From Candidatus Kapaibacterium sp. (GTDB taxonomy: Bacteria; Bacteroidota; Ignavibacteria; Kapaibacteriales; UBA2268): a stretch of 64,000 bases of DNA. The position numbers and the translations under genes are program-made. The notes below the pieces were generated by a model. The model was not told the DNA's origin. It made no database searches and was given only the letters and a program-made list of their open reading frames with translations. Shown here one piece after another: positions 1 to 9,772 of this stretch. The DNA is taken from the NCBI GenBank assembly GCA_963665665.1, contig OY762428.1, positions 5,152,001 through 5,216,000 on the forward strand, in the 5' to 3' direction. Numbering within the stretch: the first letter of the stretch is position 1; every line of letters begins with the position of its first letter.

Positions 1-156
1 TCCGAAGGAGGGGGCCGGGGGGAGGTAGGAAGGGGCGAAAGCAAAGCACCAAAGTTTTAACCTATTGCTGCCTTGTTCGGAATCATTGCCGCCTTGTTTG
101 AAGATAATAAACTCTTGGTTGAAGCCATTGCAGCAATGTGTTGCTTTATTGCTGCC

Positions 157-323
157 TTGGTTGGAGTCATTGATGCCTTGGTTGAAGTCATTGACGCCTT
201 GGTCGGAGTCATTGACGCCTTGGTCGGAGTCATTGATGCCTTGGTCGGAGTCATTGATGCCTTGGTCGGAGTCATTGACGCCTTGGTCGAAGTCATTGAA
301 CTCTTGGTCGGAGGCAAAGAACA
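157..323 (+). repeat. 21-bp tandem array A, copy 1
   Basis: TTGGT units start at 157,178,199,220,241,262,283,304; degenerate in-phase units continue leftward (73,94,115,136). Confidence 0.95.
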
Positions 324-328
324 TGTTC

Positions 329-454
329 AGTAAGGTCAACCAAGTGTTCAGTAAGGTCAACCAAGTGTTCAGTAAGGTCAACCAAGTGTTCAATAAGGTC
401 AACCAAGTGTTCAGTAAGGTCAACCAAGTGTTCAGAAAGGTCAACCAAGTGTTC
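329..454 (+). repeat. 21-bp tandem array B, copy 1 (6 units)
   Basis: Six near-identical AGTAAGGTCAACCAAGTGTTC units; degenerate in-phase tail to about 660. Confidence 0.95.
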
Positions 455-692
455 AATGAGGCCAAATTTCACTACATTAAGGCCAAACAGTAGTTCAATA
501 ACTCCGGCCAAGGCAGTTTAAAGCCCTGCCAACAAAACATTTAGCCCAAACATTTGGATTCTGGTTCAAAACAGCGTTGAATTAAGGAAATTATTCGATT
601 CATTGAAACCAGAAGATGGGGAATTAAGGCCGGCGGCCTGTTCATTGGGGTGGAAGAACGGGTAAACAGAGCAAAAGAATGAGGTATTATGT

Positions 693-1057
693 TGTCATTC
701 TGACGGAGCGAAGCGACGGAAGAAACCATCTTTGTTTGCAGATAGTGTATGAAGAATCCACCCCGTCTCGCTGCGCTCGCCACCCCTCAACGAGGGGAAT
801 TTTCCGGAAGTCCACCCCCGTCCTTCGGACACCCCCGCCAGCGGGGGACATTCCCATCCGTCATTCTGAACAAAGTGAAGAATCCATCTTTCTTTGCAGA
901 TTAGGTATTAAGAATGGATTCTTCGCTGGCGCTCAGAATGACCTCCCCGACCATCGTCAAGTTCAATTGCCACGTGCTTTAGCTCGTGGATAAGGGCGCA
1001 AGGTTCGGAAGCAAGGAAAAGAATCCACCCCTGTAATTCCCTCCAAGGTAGGGGATG
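693..1057. repeat. Mosaic of REP-like palindromic repeats
   Basis: GTCATTCTGA..GAAGAA half (693), 49-mer AAGAATCCACCCC..CCCCTCAACGAGGGGAAT (752-800), CCCCCGCCAGCGGGGG hairpin (812-850), inverted pair GTCATTCTGA..TCAGAATGAC (860-942), GCCACGTGCTTTAGCTCGTGG (962-993); all recur elsewhere in the window. Confidence 0.85.
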
Positions 1058-1102
1058 AAAACATCGCAGAATAGTAAATCCACGAGGATGGAAAATATCC
1101 GA

Positions 1103-4100
1103 TCAACTGAATTTTTTCATCTCTTTATGTAAAATTTCCAATTGTTTACCAAAGTTAATTAATTCTTTTCTGTTCCAAACATGTGAGCGTACCCATTGGC
1201 TGTCATCACAATCAGGCATGGCCATTGATGTAAAAAGCAGCCTTGCCTTATATTGCTTTTGCGAAGGGTATTGCATGGAAAGAAAATAGGCGTAAATTTT
1301 CATTTGTAGCAGATAGTGATCGGAAAGTTTATCAAGGTTCCCGGCGTTTTCCGCTTTGTTTGTTTTCCAGTCCCATATTTCCATATTTCCGGCAGGGTCT
1401 CGAATGATCATATCAATTGTTCCGTTCAAAATATCATTTCCAACGGGAATGCTCATAAATACTTCATTTTCAGCATTTTGTATCCTTTTTGCCGATTTTT
1501 TAATTAATTCTGTGGAACTAAGGGATATTATCTCTTCCAGAATTTTATCAGAATATTTATTGTAATCACCCGGTATTTCCGAAATTACGTTTTCAATAGT
1601 ATTCGATAGCTCCTTTCGGTTTGTTTTTCCGTCACTTTTCAGCCACGATGAAATATTTTCCAGAACTTTGTGTACTATGGTTCCTTTTTCCGAGCCTGCA
1701 AATTCGCTGTTTTCACCATTATCAAAATATACAGGTTCTTTATCCGGATCAAATCCAAGAATATATTTCCTGAAATACCCCGGTTCATTTTCTGTAAAGG
1801 ACATAATTTTACTCGGGGAAAATATCTCTGAGAAATCCCCGGGTTTTGTTCTCTCTAAAAGAAATTTCCCTTGTTTCACAGATTTTACAGGTGACGTTGT
1901 GTCGGTGGAGTTTTCAATATATTTCGTTATTGTAATTGGATATCTGACAGGGTGGGTTTCAATCTGATTATTAACAAGTAATTTCAGATTGTCTGTGATT
2001 TCCACTTTTGTAACATTTTCCGTTAACGTTTCAAGATTCAGATTTCTAAGGAATTTGTTTTTGAAAATTAATTCAAGGGAACCCTTTAGCTTGTTTTTGA
2101 TAGTAGCGCTGATGATCAATCTGTCTTCGGCCCTAGTCATTGCCACGTATAGCAATCTTTTTGCTTCAGCATGATTTTTTGTTTTTTCAATTTCTTTGTT
2201 CAGCAGATGAATAGCCGGATCAACGGGAAATTCAATTCTGTTGGAATTGTTATTAATTTTGAAGGATAGTCCTAATTCATCGGTCTGAATCAGAGAATCC
2301 GTGCGATTGTTTTCGGAATTGCTGTCGAAAATGGCAACAACCGGGAATTCGAGGCCTTTCGATGCATGAATTGTCATAATATTTACAATTTCGGAATTTT
2401 GGAAAGTCATGGCTTCGGATTCATCAGAGCCGATCTTTGTCAGCATATCCGTATCATACAGGAAATCATAAATTGTATTAAATCCTCTTTTCTCGAATTT
2501 ACGTGCCCAGGCAGAAAGTTTATCAATATTGGCATACATTTGCGGGCATGATTCGTAACGCACAGTGGTGGCATACCATGCCGTTTTTTCAAGAATATCG
2601 GCAATTAGTTCTGTAATAGTCATTTCGTCGGCAATGCTGATAATTTCCCTCAATATCTCTCTGGCTCTTACAATCATCTTTTTATGATTCTCATTCGGCA
2701 GAATGTTGATTTCAATATTTATCATTTTTTGATAGAGGGTTTCTCCCTTGATTCCTGATATTATCAGCATAAGCGTATCATCGAAGCTGAAGTATGGGGA
2801 TTTAAGTATTGCGGACAGAGCGAGATCGTCGTGATTGTCGGTAATGAATTTCAAAAAAGAGATAATATCCCTGATTTCCGGCGAGTCAAAAAAGCCTCTT
2901 CCTGAATGAACTGCAAAGGGTATTTTTTCTTTCCTGAAAGCATCGGTAAGTTCATCTAATTTCGTTCTGCTTCTAATTAGCACCGCAACGTCGCCAAATC
3001 TGATTTTTCGGGATACACCTTTCTCATCAATAATATCATTGTTAACCATTGCCATAATTTTTCGTGCAAGTAAAACTGCTTCCGGGTTGTATTCCGTATT
3101 TGTATCCGTATCCTCTTCGAAATTAATAAGCATATCGATACTTCCACAGAATCCATTTTTATCAATAACCCTTGCTGTATTTCTTCCACAAATAAAATCC
3201 GAATAACTAACATCGTAGGATGAGTAGTTCGATTTCATAATTTCTGAACAAACAATGTTGGTGAAAGATGCAATTACAGGTTGCAGCCTGAATGTTGATG
3301 ATAATTTAAGATTGCCTGTTGATTCCTCCTTTGATAAAGCAGGGATTAACTCATTTTTTATTTGAAAATCAGGATTGATAAACTCTGAGCCTAACATTTT
3401 ACGGTTAACTTCAGCAATATCCATGGCTGCCTGAAGGAATATTCTCACGTCAGCGTTTCTGAATCCGTATATGCTTTGCTTTTCGTCTCCCACCACAAAC
3501 AAGTTCACCCCGAGTGTGCTACCGGCGAAATTTCCGGGAGCAAGTAGTTTGATAATTTCGTATTGAATTTTATTCGTATCCTGAAACTCATCCACGAGAA
3601 GATATTTAATTCCTTTTCGAATTTCGGAAGCAACTAATTTGTCTTTCAGCAGAACATGTGCTTTTACAAGCATATCCGAGTAATCAATATAGCCATTCTC
3701 TGATTTTTTTTCCGAATAAAGATCAATGGCCTGCCTGCTAATATCAAAAAATGCATTCCTGTGTGCGATTAGTTTCTCGTCGAATTCAAAATTCTGAAAA
3801 ATTTCAAGGGCCTTTCTTGCAGCTCTTATATTATCCTGCATGGAGGAATATTCAATAAAATCTTCAATAACAATTTTCCGAAGGTAACGCCTGCTAATAC
3901 CATCATCTTTTGTAATATGATCGGAAGCTAATATGGTTTCCAATAAAATAAAAATATCGGATATTATTTTTTCATCCGGCGGGGAGGATATTTTATCAAA
4001 CATATCAATTATTTTTTTCACATTGGCCGACAGATCGGCAATTTTTTCTTTATACCCGGGATGATAGCCGCCGTTGGCAATTATACTCAGATTTTTATCA

Positions 4101-4753
4101 AGTAAGAGCATTCCCGTGCTGATATTTGAAATATATAATCTATTGAATAATTCATTCCTGCGTTTAAAAATATCTTCATCAGCTATTTTTCCCGAATCTG
4201 CCTGCCTGAAATCTTCAGTACCAGAAATAAATTCATAGATCAGCCCTGCAAGCCTTCCCGGCCCGTGTATTTTTAATAATTGTTTCAGACCGTCTTTTTT
4301 TTCATTATCTGCAAATTCCAGGGTATCTTCGATTACCCGGTCAATTGATTCCATAATCAGGCGAAACTGTTCTGTTTCAGGAATATCAATAAAATTCGGA
4401 TCAACATCTGCTTCGATAGGGTAATCACGAAGAAGGGATGAACAGAAGCTATGAATAGTGGATATTCTTGCGCCGGTCAGCCTTTCCCTGATTCTTCGAA
4501 GTTTTTTGATTCTTGCCGAACTGTTTTCCGGACACCGTTCTTCGGTTTCGATAAGGGCGGTTACCCTGCTGATCATTTCCGAGGCAGCTTTTTTTGTAAA
4601 TGTGATGGCAACAATTTCCGACGGATCAGTACCACTTAGAATAATATCGCAGTATCGATTCACCAAAACTCTTGTTTTACCTGATCCTGCATTAGCAGTC
4701 AGAGAAATCCAGCGATCTATACTTCTGGCAATTTTTTGTTCTCTTGTATCCAT
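1103..4753 (-). CDS. addA: UvrD-family helicase with C-terminal PD-(D/E)XK nuclease (AddA-like)
   Basis: ANAGSGKT Walker A, AITFTKKAA, LVDEFQDT, VGDEKQSIYGFR, MTIHASKGLEF, LYVAMTRA, C-terminal GTIDMI..DWKT..Q..Y. Start placed at MDTREQ (4753) rather than 4858. Confidence 0.85.
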   Translation of the reverse strand: MDTREQKIARSIDRWISLTANAGSGKTRVLVNRYCDIILSGTDPSEIVAITFTKKAASEMISRVTALIETEERCPENSSARIKKLRRIRERLTGARISTIHSFCSSLLRDYPIEADVDPNFIDIPETEQFRLIMESIDRVIEDTLEFADNEKKDGLKQLLKIHGPGRLAGLIYEFISGTEDFRQADSGKIADEDIFKRRNELFNRLYISNISTGMLLLDKNLSIIANGGYHPGYKEKIADLSANVKKIIDMFDKISSPPDEKIISDIFILLETILASDHITKDDGISRRYLRKIVIEDFIEYSSMQDNIRAARKALEIFQNFEFDEKLIAHRNAFFDISRQAIDLYSEKKSENGYIDYSDMLVKAHVLLKDKLVASEIRKGIKYLLVDEFQDTNKIQYEIIKLLAPGNFAGSTLGVNLFVVGDEKQSIYGFRNADVRIFLQAAMDIAEVNRKMLGSEFINPDFQIKNELIPALSKEESTGNLKLSSTFRLQPVIASFTNIVCSEIMKSNYSSYDVSYSDFICGRNTARVIDKNGFCGSIDMLINFEEDTDTNTEYNPEAVLLARKIMAMVNNDIIDEKGVSRKIRFGDVAVLIRSRTKLDELTDAFRKEKIPFAVHSGRGFFDSPEIRDIISFLKFITDNHDDLALSAILKSPYFSFDDTLMLIISGIKGETLYQKMINIEINILPNENHKKMIVRAREILREIISIADEMTITELIADILEKTAWYATTVRYESCPQMYANIDKLSAWARKFEKRGFNTIYDFLYDTDMLTKIGSDESEAMTFQNSEIVNIMTIHASKGLEFPVVAIFDSNSENNRTDSLIQTDELGLSFKINNNSNRIEFPVDPAIHLLNKEIEKTKNHAEAKRLLYVAMTRAEDRLIISATIKNKLKGSLELIFKNKFLRNLNLETLTENVTKVEITDNLKLLVNNQIETHPVRYPITITKYIENSTDTTSPVKSVKQGKFLLERTKPGDFSEIFSPSKIMSFTENEPGYFRKYILGFDPDKEPVYFDNGENSEFAGSEKGTIVHKVLENISSWLKSDGKTNRKELSNTIENVISEIPGDYNKYSDKILEEIISLSSTELIKKSAKRIQNAENEVFMSIPVGNDILNGTIDMIIRDPAGNMEIWDWKTNKAENAGNLDKLSDHYLLQMKIYAYFLSMQYPSQKQYKARLLFTSMAMPDCDDSQWVRSHVWNRKELINFGKQLEILHKEMKKFS

Positions 4754-4944
4754 AATTTTCTTGCATTCATAAAAAATGAAATTTTTTTTTGGCGGAATAT
4801 TATTTCCCGCAAATATTGCTAAACTTAAAAATGAAAGAGCTTTAGCAAAATGAAACATTAAAATATCAAGATGCAGTAAGACTTTCAGTGGAAAATAATC
4901 ATAAAAAAACTATAAAAAAATTTTAGTATGTGCAAAAATTTACC

Positions 4945-4952
4945 TATATTTG
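4945..4952 (+). promoter_or_regulatory. Bacteroidota-type -7 promoter element (TAnnTTTG) for tRNA
   Basis: TATATTTG ends 13 nt upstream of the tRNA 5' end. Confidence 0.55.
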
Positions 4953-4965
4953 TAAACGTTATGAC

Positions 4966-5038
4966 CGCGGGGTGGAGCAATTGGCAGCTCGTCGGGCTCA
5001 TAACCCGAAGGTTGCAGGTTCAAGTCCTGCCCCCGCTA
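4966..5038 (+). tRNA. tRNA-fMet (CAT), initiator
   Basis: Cloverleaf with CAT anticodon, three G-C pairs in anticodon stem, C1:U72 mismatch, GTTCAAG T-loop; CCA not encoded. Confidence 0.96.
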
Positions 5039-5043
5039 CTAAG

Positions 5044-5068
5044 GCCCTGATAAATCAGGGCTTTTTTT
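5044..5068 (+). terminator. Rho-independent terminator after tRNA
   Basis: GCCCTGA-TAAA-TCAGGGC followed by T7. Confidence 0.85.
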
Positions 5069-5249
5069 ATTAATACCTGATTTGTTTTAAAGAACACAAT
5101 TTCGGTGAGGTTTGCGATTCTAAAAAAATATTAATTGAATTTCTTCGAAATAGTTTTTATTATAAACGGTTATAAAAATATCATTTGTTCTTTGTATTAA
5201 TAATTAAAAATATTATTAATATTTTACTTTTCAGTTTGTCGGCAATATT

Positions 5250-7502
5250 ATGTTAAAACCAATTTTTGAAATATTTTCTGGTAATAAAGCCATTATGAAG
5301 GGCCTGACTGACGAGCAGGCGCAGGAACTCAATACCCTGCTTGAACTTTGTAAAGCTAACCTTAAAAGCTTCGATTCGAATTTAATAGTAAAGGCTTTCC
5401 GATGGTGTATTGATGCACATAAGAACAAGATTCGAAAGTCAGGCAAACCATATTTTACGCATCCCGTAGCAGTTTCCAAGATCGTAGTAGAAGAAATGCC
5501 TCTTGATGATATTTCTGTAGCTTCGGCTCTTTTGCATGACGTTCTTGATTACAGTGACGATATTACTCTGAAAGATATTAAATCTGAATTTGGGACTACT
5601 ATTGCAGAAATTGTTGATGGTATAACAAAAATCAGGCATATTGAAGGGCATGGCCTGGGGCAGTTCGATAAATTAAAGAATTACCAGAAGTTATTACTTT
5701 CAATGTTCAAGGATGTCAGGATTATACTGATTAAACTGGCGGACAGGCTTCACAACATGAGGACTATCGAACATTTACCCGAACAGAGACAGCTGAAAAT
5801 AGCAAAGGAAACACAGGAGATATATTCCCGGTTTGCAAACAGGTTTGGGCTTGGAAATATCAAATGGGAACTTGAAGACCTTGCCTTCAAAGTACTGCAA
5901 AGGTCTAAATATTACGAAATAACAAAATCCATCAGCCAGTCCCGTGAAGACAGGGAAAAATATATACTCGATTTTAAAAATCCTATTGTCGAGAGGCTTA
6001 CCAAGGACGGACTGCTGAAAAGAAATAATATTAAATTCAAGATAAGCGGCAGGCCGAAACATATTTACTCTACATATAATAAACTAATCGACAGAAATCT
6101 TCCGATAGAAGAGTTGAACGATCTTTTTGCAGTAAGGATAATAATCGAGGATCCTGATCCAAATCTTTGTTTTTATTTTTATGGTATTGTTTGTGAGCTT
6201 TATAAACCTGTTCCGGGAACTTTTAAGAATTATGTTTATATACCGAAAAACAACGGCTATCAATCATTACATACTGCTGTTGTAGGGCCAAACGGCAAAC
6301 ATGTGGAAGTTCAGTTCAGAACCAGGCCGATGCATGAATTCGCAGAAAAAGGCGTTGCAGCTCACTTCCTTTATAAAAAAGGCCTTATGTCGGCAGAGTC
6401 TGTTCTCGAGGATGAAAACCTTCAGAAATGGATGGACTCGGTAAGGGAAATCTTGGAAAGCGCCGGAGATGAAACACCTCAGGATCTTCTTGACAGCGTT
6501 CAGCGGAATCTGTTCCAGGACGAAATATATGTGTTTACCCCGAAGGAAGAGCTGATTCTGTTGCCAAAGGATTCCACTCCTCTGGATTTTGCATTCCATA
6601 TTCACACACAGATCGGCTTTTCGTGTATAGGAGCAAAGATCAATGGGAAAATCGGGCCTTTGAATACAAAATTGCAAAGCGGGGATTTGGTGGAAATACT
6701 AACTTCCAACAAAGTTATTCCCAAACGGGAATGGCTGAATTATGTTATTACAAGTAAAGCCAGAAATAATATCCATAAATATTTGAAGGACGAGAAACGG
6801 GATGCTGAAAAAAGGGGTAGAGACCTCTGGAATAATAAAATTGAGGCAAACGAGCTTAAGCTAAGTGATTTTGCTATCGAGCAGCTTTTGAAAACATTGA
6901 ATTTTGATACCCAGGGAGAATTCTTTACTGCCATAGGAAAAGGCATCTTCGATTTGGAAAAAAGCTTCGATTATATTTTGTATAAACTCAGGGAAGGCTT
7001 CAAAACTGCTAATGGAGATAAAACCTGGGCCGGTACATTCGGCAGGCATGAATTGCGTGGCAATAACGGAAATGCAGGAAAAGTTCCTGCCAAATTCCCG
7101 GTTTGCTGTTCGCCTCTGATGGGGGATGATGTTATTGGTATTATTAGCGATACCAACGAGCTGTTTGTTCACAGAAGGACTTGTGAGAAGATTAAAGATA
7201 TTATCAACGAACCTCATCCCAATATTGTTGATATTGACTGGGATACTCTTGAAGGAAAGCATTCGAACCAGTTACTAAAGATAATTGCTGACAATCAGCC
7301 AGGTATCCTTAACGACATTACGTCTACAATCATTTCTATGGATAATACAAATATTCTTGGAATTTCCCAGGAAACCGAAGGTGATACTTTTGTGGCTAAA
7401 ATTTCTGTCCACGTTGCCGATCTGGATCATTTGAACAGGCTTTTCAATAATTTATACAAATTTAACAGCATAAAATCCATAGAAAGAATCTCTGCAGAGT
7501 AA
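5250..7502 (+). CDS. rel: Bifunctional (p)ppGpp synthetase/hydrolase, long RSH
   Basis: PYFTHP, ALLHD (intact HD), IKLADRLHNMRT, GRPKHIYS, YQSLHT, EVQFRT; TGS domain (TPLDFAFHIHT), CC motif and ACT domain. Confidence 0.95.
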   Translation: MLKPIFEIFSGNKAIMKGLTDEQAQELNTLLELCKANLKSFDSNLIVKAFRWCIDAHKNKIRKSGKPYFTHPVAVSKIVVEEMPLDDISVASALLHDVLDYSDDITLKDIKSEFGTTIAEIVDGITKIRHIEGHGLGQFDKLKNYQKLLLSMFKDVRIILIKLADRLHNMRTIEHLPEQRQLKIAKETQEIYSRFANRFGLGNIKWELEDLAFKVLQRSKYYEITKSISQSREDREKYILDFKNPIVERLTKDGLLKRNNIKFKISGRPKHIYSTYNKLIDRNLPIEELNDLFAVRIIIEDPDPNLCFYFYGIVCELYKPVPGTFKNYVYIPKNNGYQSLHTAVVGPNGKHVEVQFRTRPMHEFAEKGVAAHFLYKKGLMSAESVLEDENLQKWMDSVREILESAGDETPQDLLDSVQRNLFQDEIYVFTPKEELILLPKDSTPLDFAFHIHTQIGFSCIGAKINGKIGPLNTKLQSGDLVEILTSNKVIPKREWLNYVITSKARNNIHKYLKDEKRDAEKRGRDLWNNKIEANELKLSDFAIEQLLKTLNFDTQGEFFTAIGKGIFDLEKSFDYILYKLREGFKTANGDKTWAGTFGRHELRGNNGNAGKVPAKFPVCCSPLMGDDVIGIISDTNELFVHRRTCEKIKDIINEPHPNIVDIDWDTLEGKHSNQLLKIIADNQPGILNDITSTIISMDNTNILGISQETEGDTFVAKISVHVADLDHLNRLFNNLYKFNSIKSIERISAE

Positions 7503-7575
7503 ATTTATATTTTTTGTCTCGAAGATTTTTATTAACTTCATACAAAACTGTAAAACTAACTTATCGTAATTTATC

Positions 7576-8088
7576 GTGAGTTTATCTGCTATCTTCTTTT
7601 TTCTCCTCGGAATCCTGGCAATTGCCAGCGCTATACTTACCGTTGCAAGCAAGAACCCTGTGATGTCAGCATTATCGCTGGTATTTAATTTCTTTATGCT
7701 TGCAGGATTATATCTGACTCTTCAGGCTCAATTCGTGGCTGTTATTCAAATACTGGTTTATGCCGGTGCAATAATGGTATTGGTGATTTTTGTAATAATG
7801 CTTCTTAATCTGGGCGATGAGAAAAGCCTAAAAGAGAAATTTAACTGGCGAAAGGGCCTGGCAATACTTGTTGCTGCGGGCCTGGCAGTGCAGTTTGTTG
7901 TTGCTTTTTTCGCAACGCCCTCGGGAAATGTTCTGCTTCCGGAAGCTTCGGCTGAAATTGGCACACCTGCTTCGATAGGGAATGTATTGTTTAACGATTA
8001 CCTTTTGCCTTTCGAAGCTATTTCGCTTTTATTGCTTGTAGCAATCATCGGATCAGTTATCCTTGCTAAAAGAAGAATTGAAAATTAA
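7576..8088 (+). CDS. nuoJ: NADH-quinone oxidoreductase subunit J
   Basis: NPVMSAL, QILVYAGAIMVLVIFVIMLLN, YLLPFEAIS motifs; 5 TM. Confidence 0.95.
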   Translation: MSLSAIFFFLLGILAIASAILTVASKNPVMSALSLVFNFFMLAGLYLTLQAQFVAVIQILVYAGAIMVLVIFVIMLLNLGDEKSLKEKFNWRKGLAILVAAGLAVQFVVAFFATPSGNVLLPEASAEIGTPASIGNVLFNDYLLPFEAISLLLLVAIIGSVILAKRRIEN

Positions 8089-8102
8089 CCGGAGAGTAGA
8101 TC

Positions 8103-8414
8103 ATGTTTGAAAATGTGGCTTTGGAATATTATCTCGGACTTTCGGCTATACTGTTTACAATAGGAAGTATTGGTGTTTTAACCCGCCGAAATGCAATAAT
8201 AATATTTATGTCTATCGAAATAATGTTGAATTCAGTTAATCTGACTCTTGTAGGTTTTTCATCCTTTATGGGGGACTCTGCCGGGCAGATATTTGTTTTC
8301 TTTGTTATGGCCGTAGCTGCTGCCGAAGCAGCAATCGGGCTTGCTATAGTTCTTGCATTGTTCAGGAACAAGAAAACGGTTTACGTGGATGAAGTTAACC
8401 TTATGAAGTGGTAA
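8103..8414 (+). CDS. nuoK: NADH-quinone oxidoreductase subunit K
   Basis: [32 protein letters not shown]. Confidence 0.96.
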   Translation: MFENVALEYYLGLSAILFTIGSIGVLTRRNAIIIFMSIEIMLNSVNLTLVGFSSFMGDSAGQIFVFFVMAVAAAEAAIGLAIVLALFRNKKTVYVDEVNLMKW

Positions 8415-8428
8415 TTTTATTGCACTAT

Positions 8429-8458
8429 AAAAAATCCCGGCTGATGCCGGGATTTTTT
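8429..8458. terminator. Bidirectional intrinsic terminator
   Basis: A6-TCCCGGC-TGAT-GCCGGGA-T6 between convergent nuoK and lipocalin. Confidence 0.85.
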
Positions 8459-8531
8459 GATTGTGATGAAGGCCTTGAAGGCAATCAATAAAATTAAGTT
8501 ATTGCCTGAAGAATATAGCCCAAAAGCACCG

Positions 8532-9071
8532 TTATTCTTTTTCCTGCTTAACTTGTTCAACAACTATAAGATCATTTGTATTGAATCCAAAGTTTTTGGC
8601 GGTTTCAATGTATAATTCAAGCATTTTGGGTTCTATTGTTCTGCTCCTGCTTAGAATCCACAAATACTTTTTACTTGAGGATGTTACCATCGCTATGCTG
8701 TAGTCTCTTTCTAATTTTATTACTTTGTATTCGGCATAAAACGGCCTGAAAAAACTGACCTCAAGTACAGCAGGGTTGTTCTTATTGACTATACCTGCCA
8801 CTCCTTCAGCCTCCTGCCACTCATTGTCTTCAGTATCAAATCCACGATTAATAACTTTGATATCTCCATCCTCGTCAAGAGAATATTCAGCACTTACTTT
8901 TATCAATCCGTCTTCAAAGCTGTGAGGCAGCCTTGCAATTTCATACCATTTACCAAGATATTTTTCTAATTCAAAATTTTTGACAGCCGGTATTGAATCA
9001 GTTCGCATTTCTTTTGGAATGCTGCATGCGGAAGTAATCAATACAATTGTGAATATGAGTAAATATTTCAT
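8532..9071 (-). CDS. blc: Outer-membrane lipoprotein lipocalin (Blc family)
   Basis: Lipobox ITSAC, YLGKWYEIAR, VSFFRPFYAEY, YLWILSR; start at MKYLL. Confidence 0.9.
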   Translation of the reverse strand: MKYLLIFTIVLITSACSIPKEMRTDSIPAVKNFELEKYLGKWYEIARLPHSFEDGLIKVSAEYSLDEDGDIKVINRGFDTEDNEWQEAEGVAGIVNKNNPAVLEVSFFRPFYAEYKVIKLERDYSIAMVTSSSKKYLWILSRSRTIEPKMLELYIETAKNFGFNTNDLIVVEQVKQEKE

Positions 9072-9213
9072 TTTATTGTCAGATATGTAAAACAAAAAAT
9101 ACTGTTACAAATCAATATTATATTCTAAGACTTTGAAAAAAATGGATTATTTCATCTTTTTTTGTTTTTGAACCCTCAAATTCTTAATTTTCTGAAAATA
9201 AATAAATCCGGGA

Positions 9214-9756
9214 ATGAACATGGACAAGAAAAAAGCTGAAGAAATCCTGATTGAAAAAGGATATGAAGATTTTAAGTGGATCGGTGGATGGGATATAGTT
9301 GTCAGGAACTGGGTGCGTTTTAAATGTATGTACGGGTGTTCAAGCTACGGACATAAGGGTAGTTGTCCGCCAAACACACCTTCGGTAAGGGAATGTAAGG
9401 ATTTTTTTAACGAGTATGAACACATTGCTCTTATCAGACTGAAAAAGAGATTTTCCGACCCGACAGAAAGAATATCGTGGAGTAGAAAAGAAAACAAAAG
9501 ACTTATTGAATTGGAAAGGGCTTTTTTCCTGAATCAGAATTATAAAGCTTTTATACTTTTTATGGATGAATGCAGAATTTGCAGTGAGTGTAGCGGTAGT
9601 AAATCAGACTGTAAAAGTCCGGATCAGTCGAGGCCATCACCCGAGGGCCTTTCTGTTGATGTTTTCGAGACAGTTAGAAAAGCAGGATATGACATTGATG
9701 TCCTTACTGATTTTAATAAAGAAATGAGCCGTTTTGCCTTTTTATTAATCGAATAA
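9214..9756 (+). CDS. DUF2284-family Cys-rich metal-binding protein
   Basis: VRFKCMYGCSSYG...CPP, CRICSEC, RPSPEGLSVDV pattern. Confidence 0.8.
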   Translation: MNMDKKKAEEILIEKGYEDFKWIGGWDIVVRNWVRFKCMYGCSSYGHKGSCPPNTPSVRECKDFFNEYEHIALIRLKKRFSDPTERISWSRKENKRLIELERAFFLNQNYKAFILFMDECRICSECSGSKSDCKSPDQSRPSPEGLSVDVFETVRKAGYDIDVLTDFNKEMSRFAFLLIE

Positions 9757-9772
9757 TGTGTAAGTGTAAGCT

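Larger units (their letters stand above)
1..662. repeat. Fold-back 21-bp-phased repeat element, copy 1 (probably truncated by window start)
   Basis: Left arm of TTGGTCGGAGTCATTGATGCC-type units, right arm of AGTAAGGTCAACCAAGTGTTC-type units, central palindrome GAACATGTTC (319-328). Positions 1-50 and 455-662 closely match 28008-28057 and 28777-28984. Confidence 0.92.

Noticed and set aside
57-993. ORF-track proteins at 57-511, 541-783 and 679-993 as genuine CDS
   Set aside because: They are translations of tandem and REP repeats, open in several frames at once, with no RBS or domain. Not annotated as CDS; residual coding possibility kept as a finding.
1103-4753. Helicase-nuclease as an anti-phage defence system
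   Set aside because: Motif layout and size fit the housekeeping AddA recombination enzyme, and there are no adjacent defence partners.
4966-5249. tRNA-fMet as integration site of a genomic island
   Set aside because: No integrase nearby, I noticed no duplicated tRNA 3' end, and the flanks are housekeeping genes.
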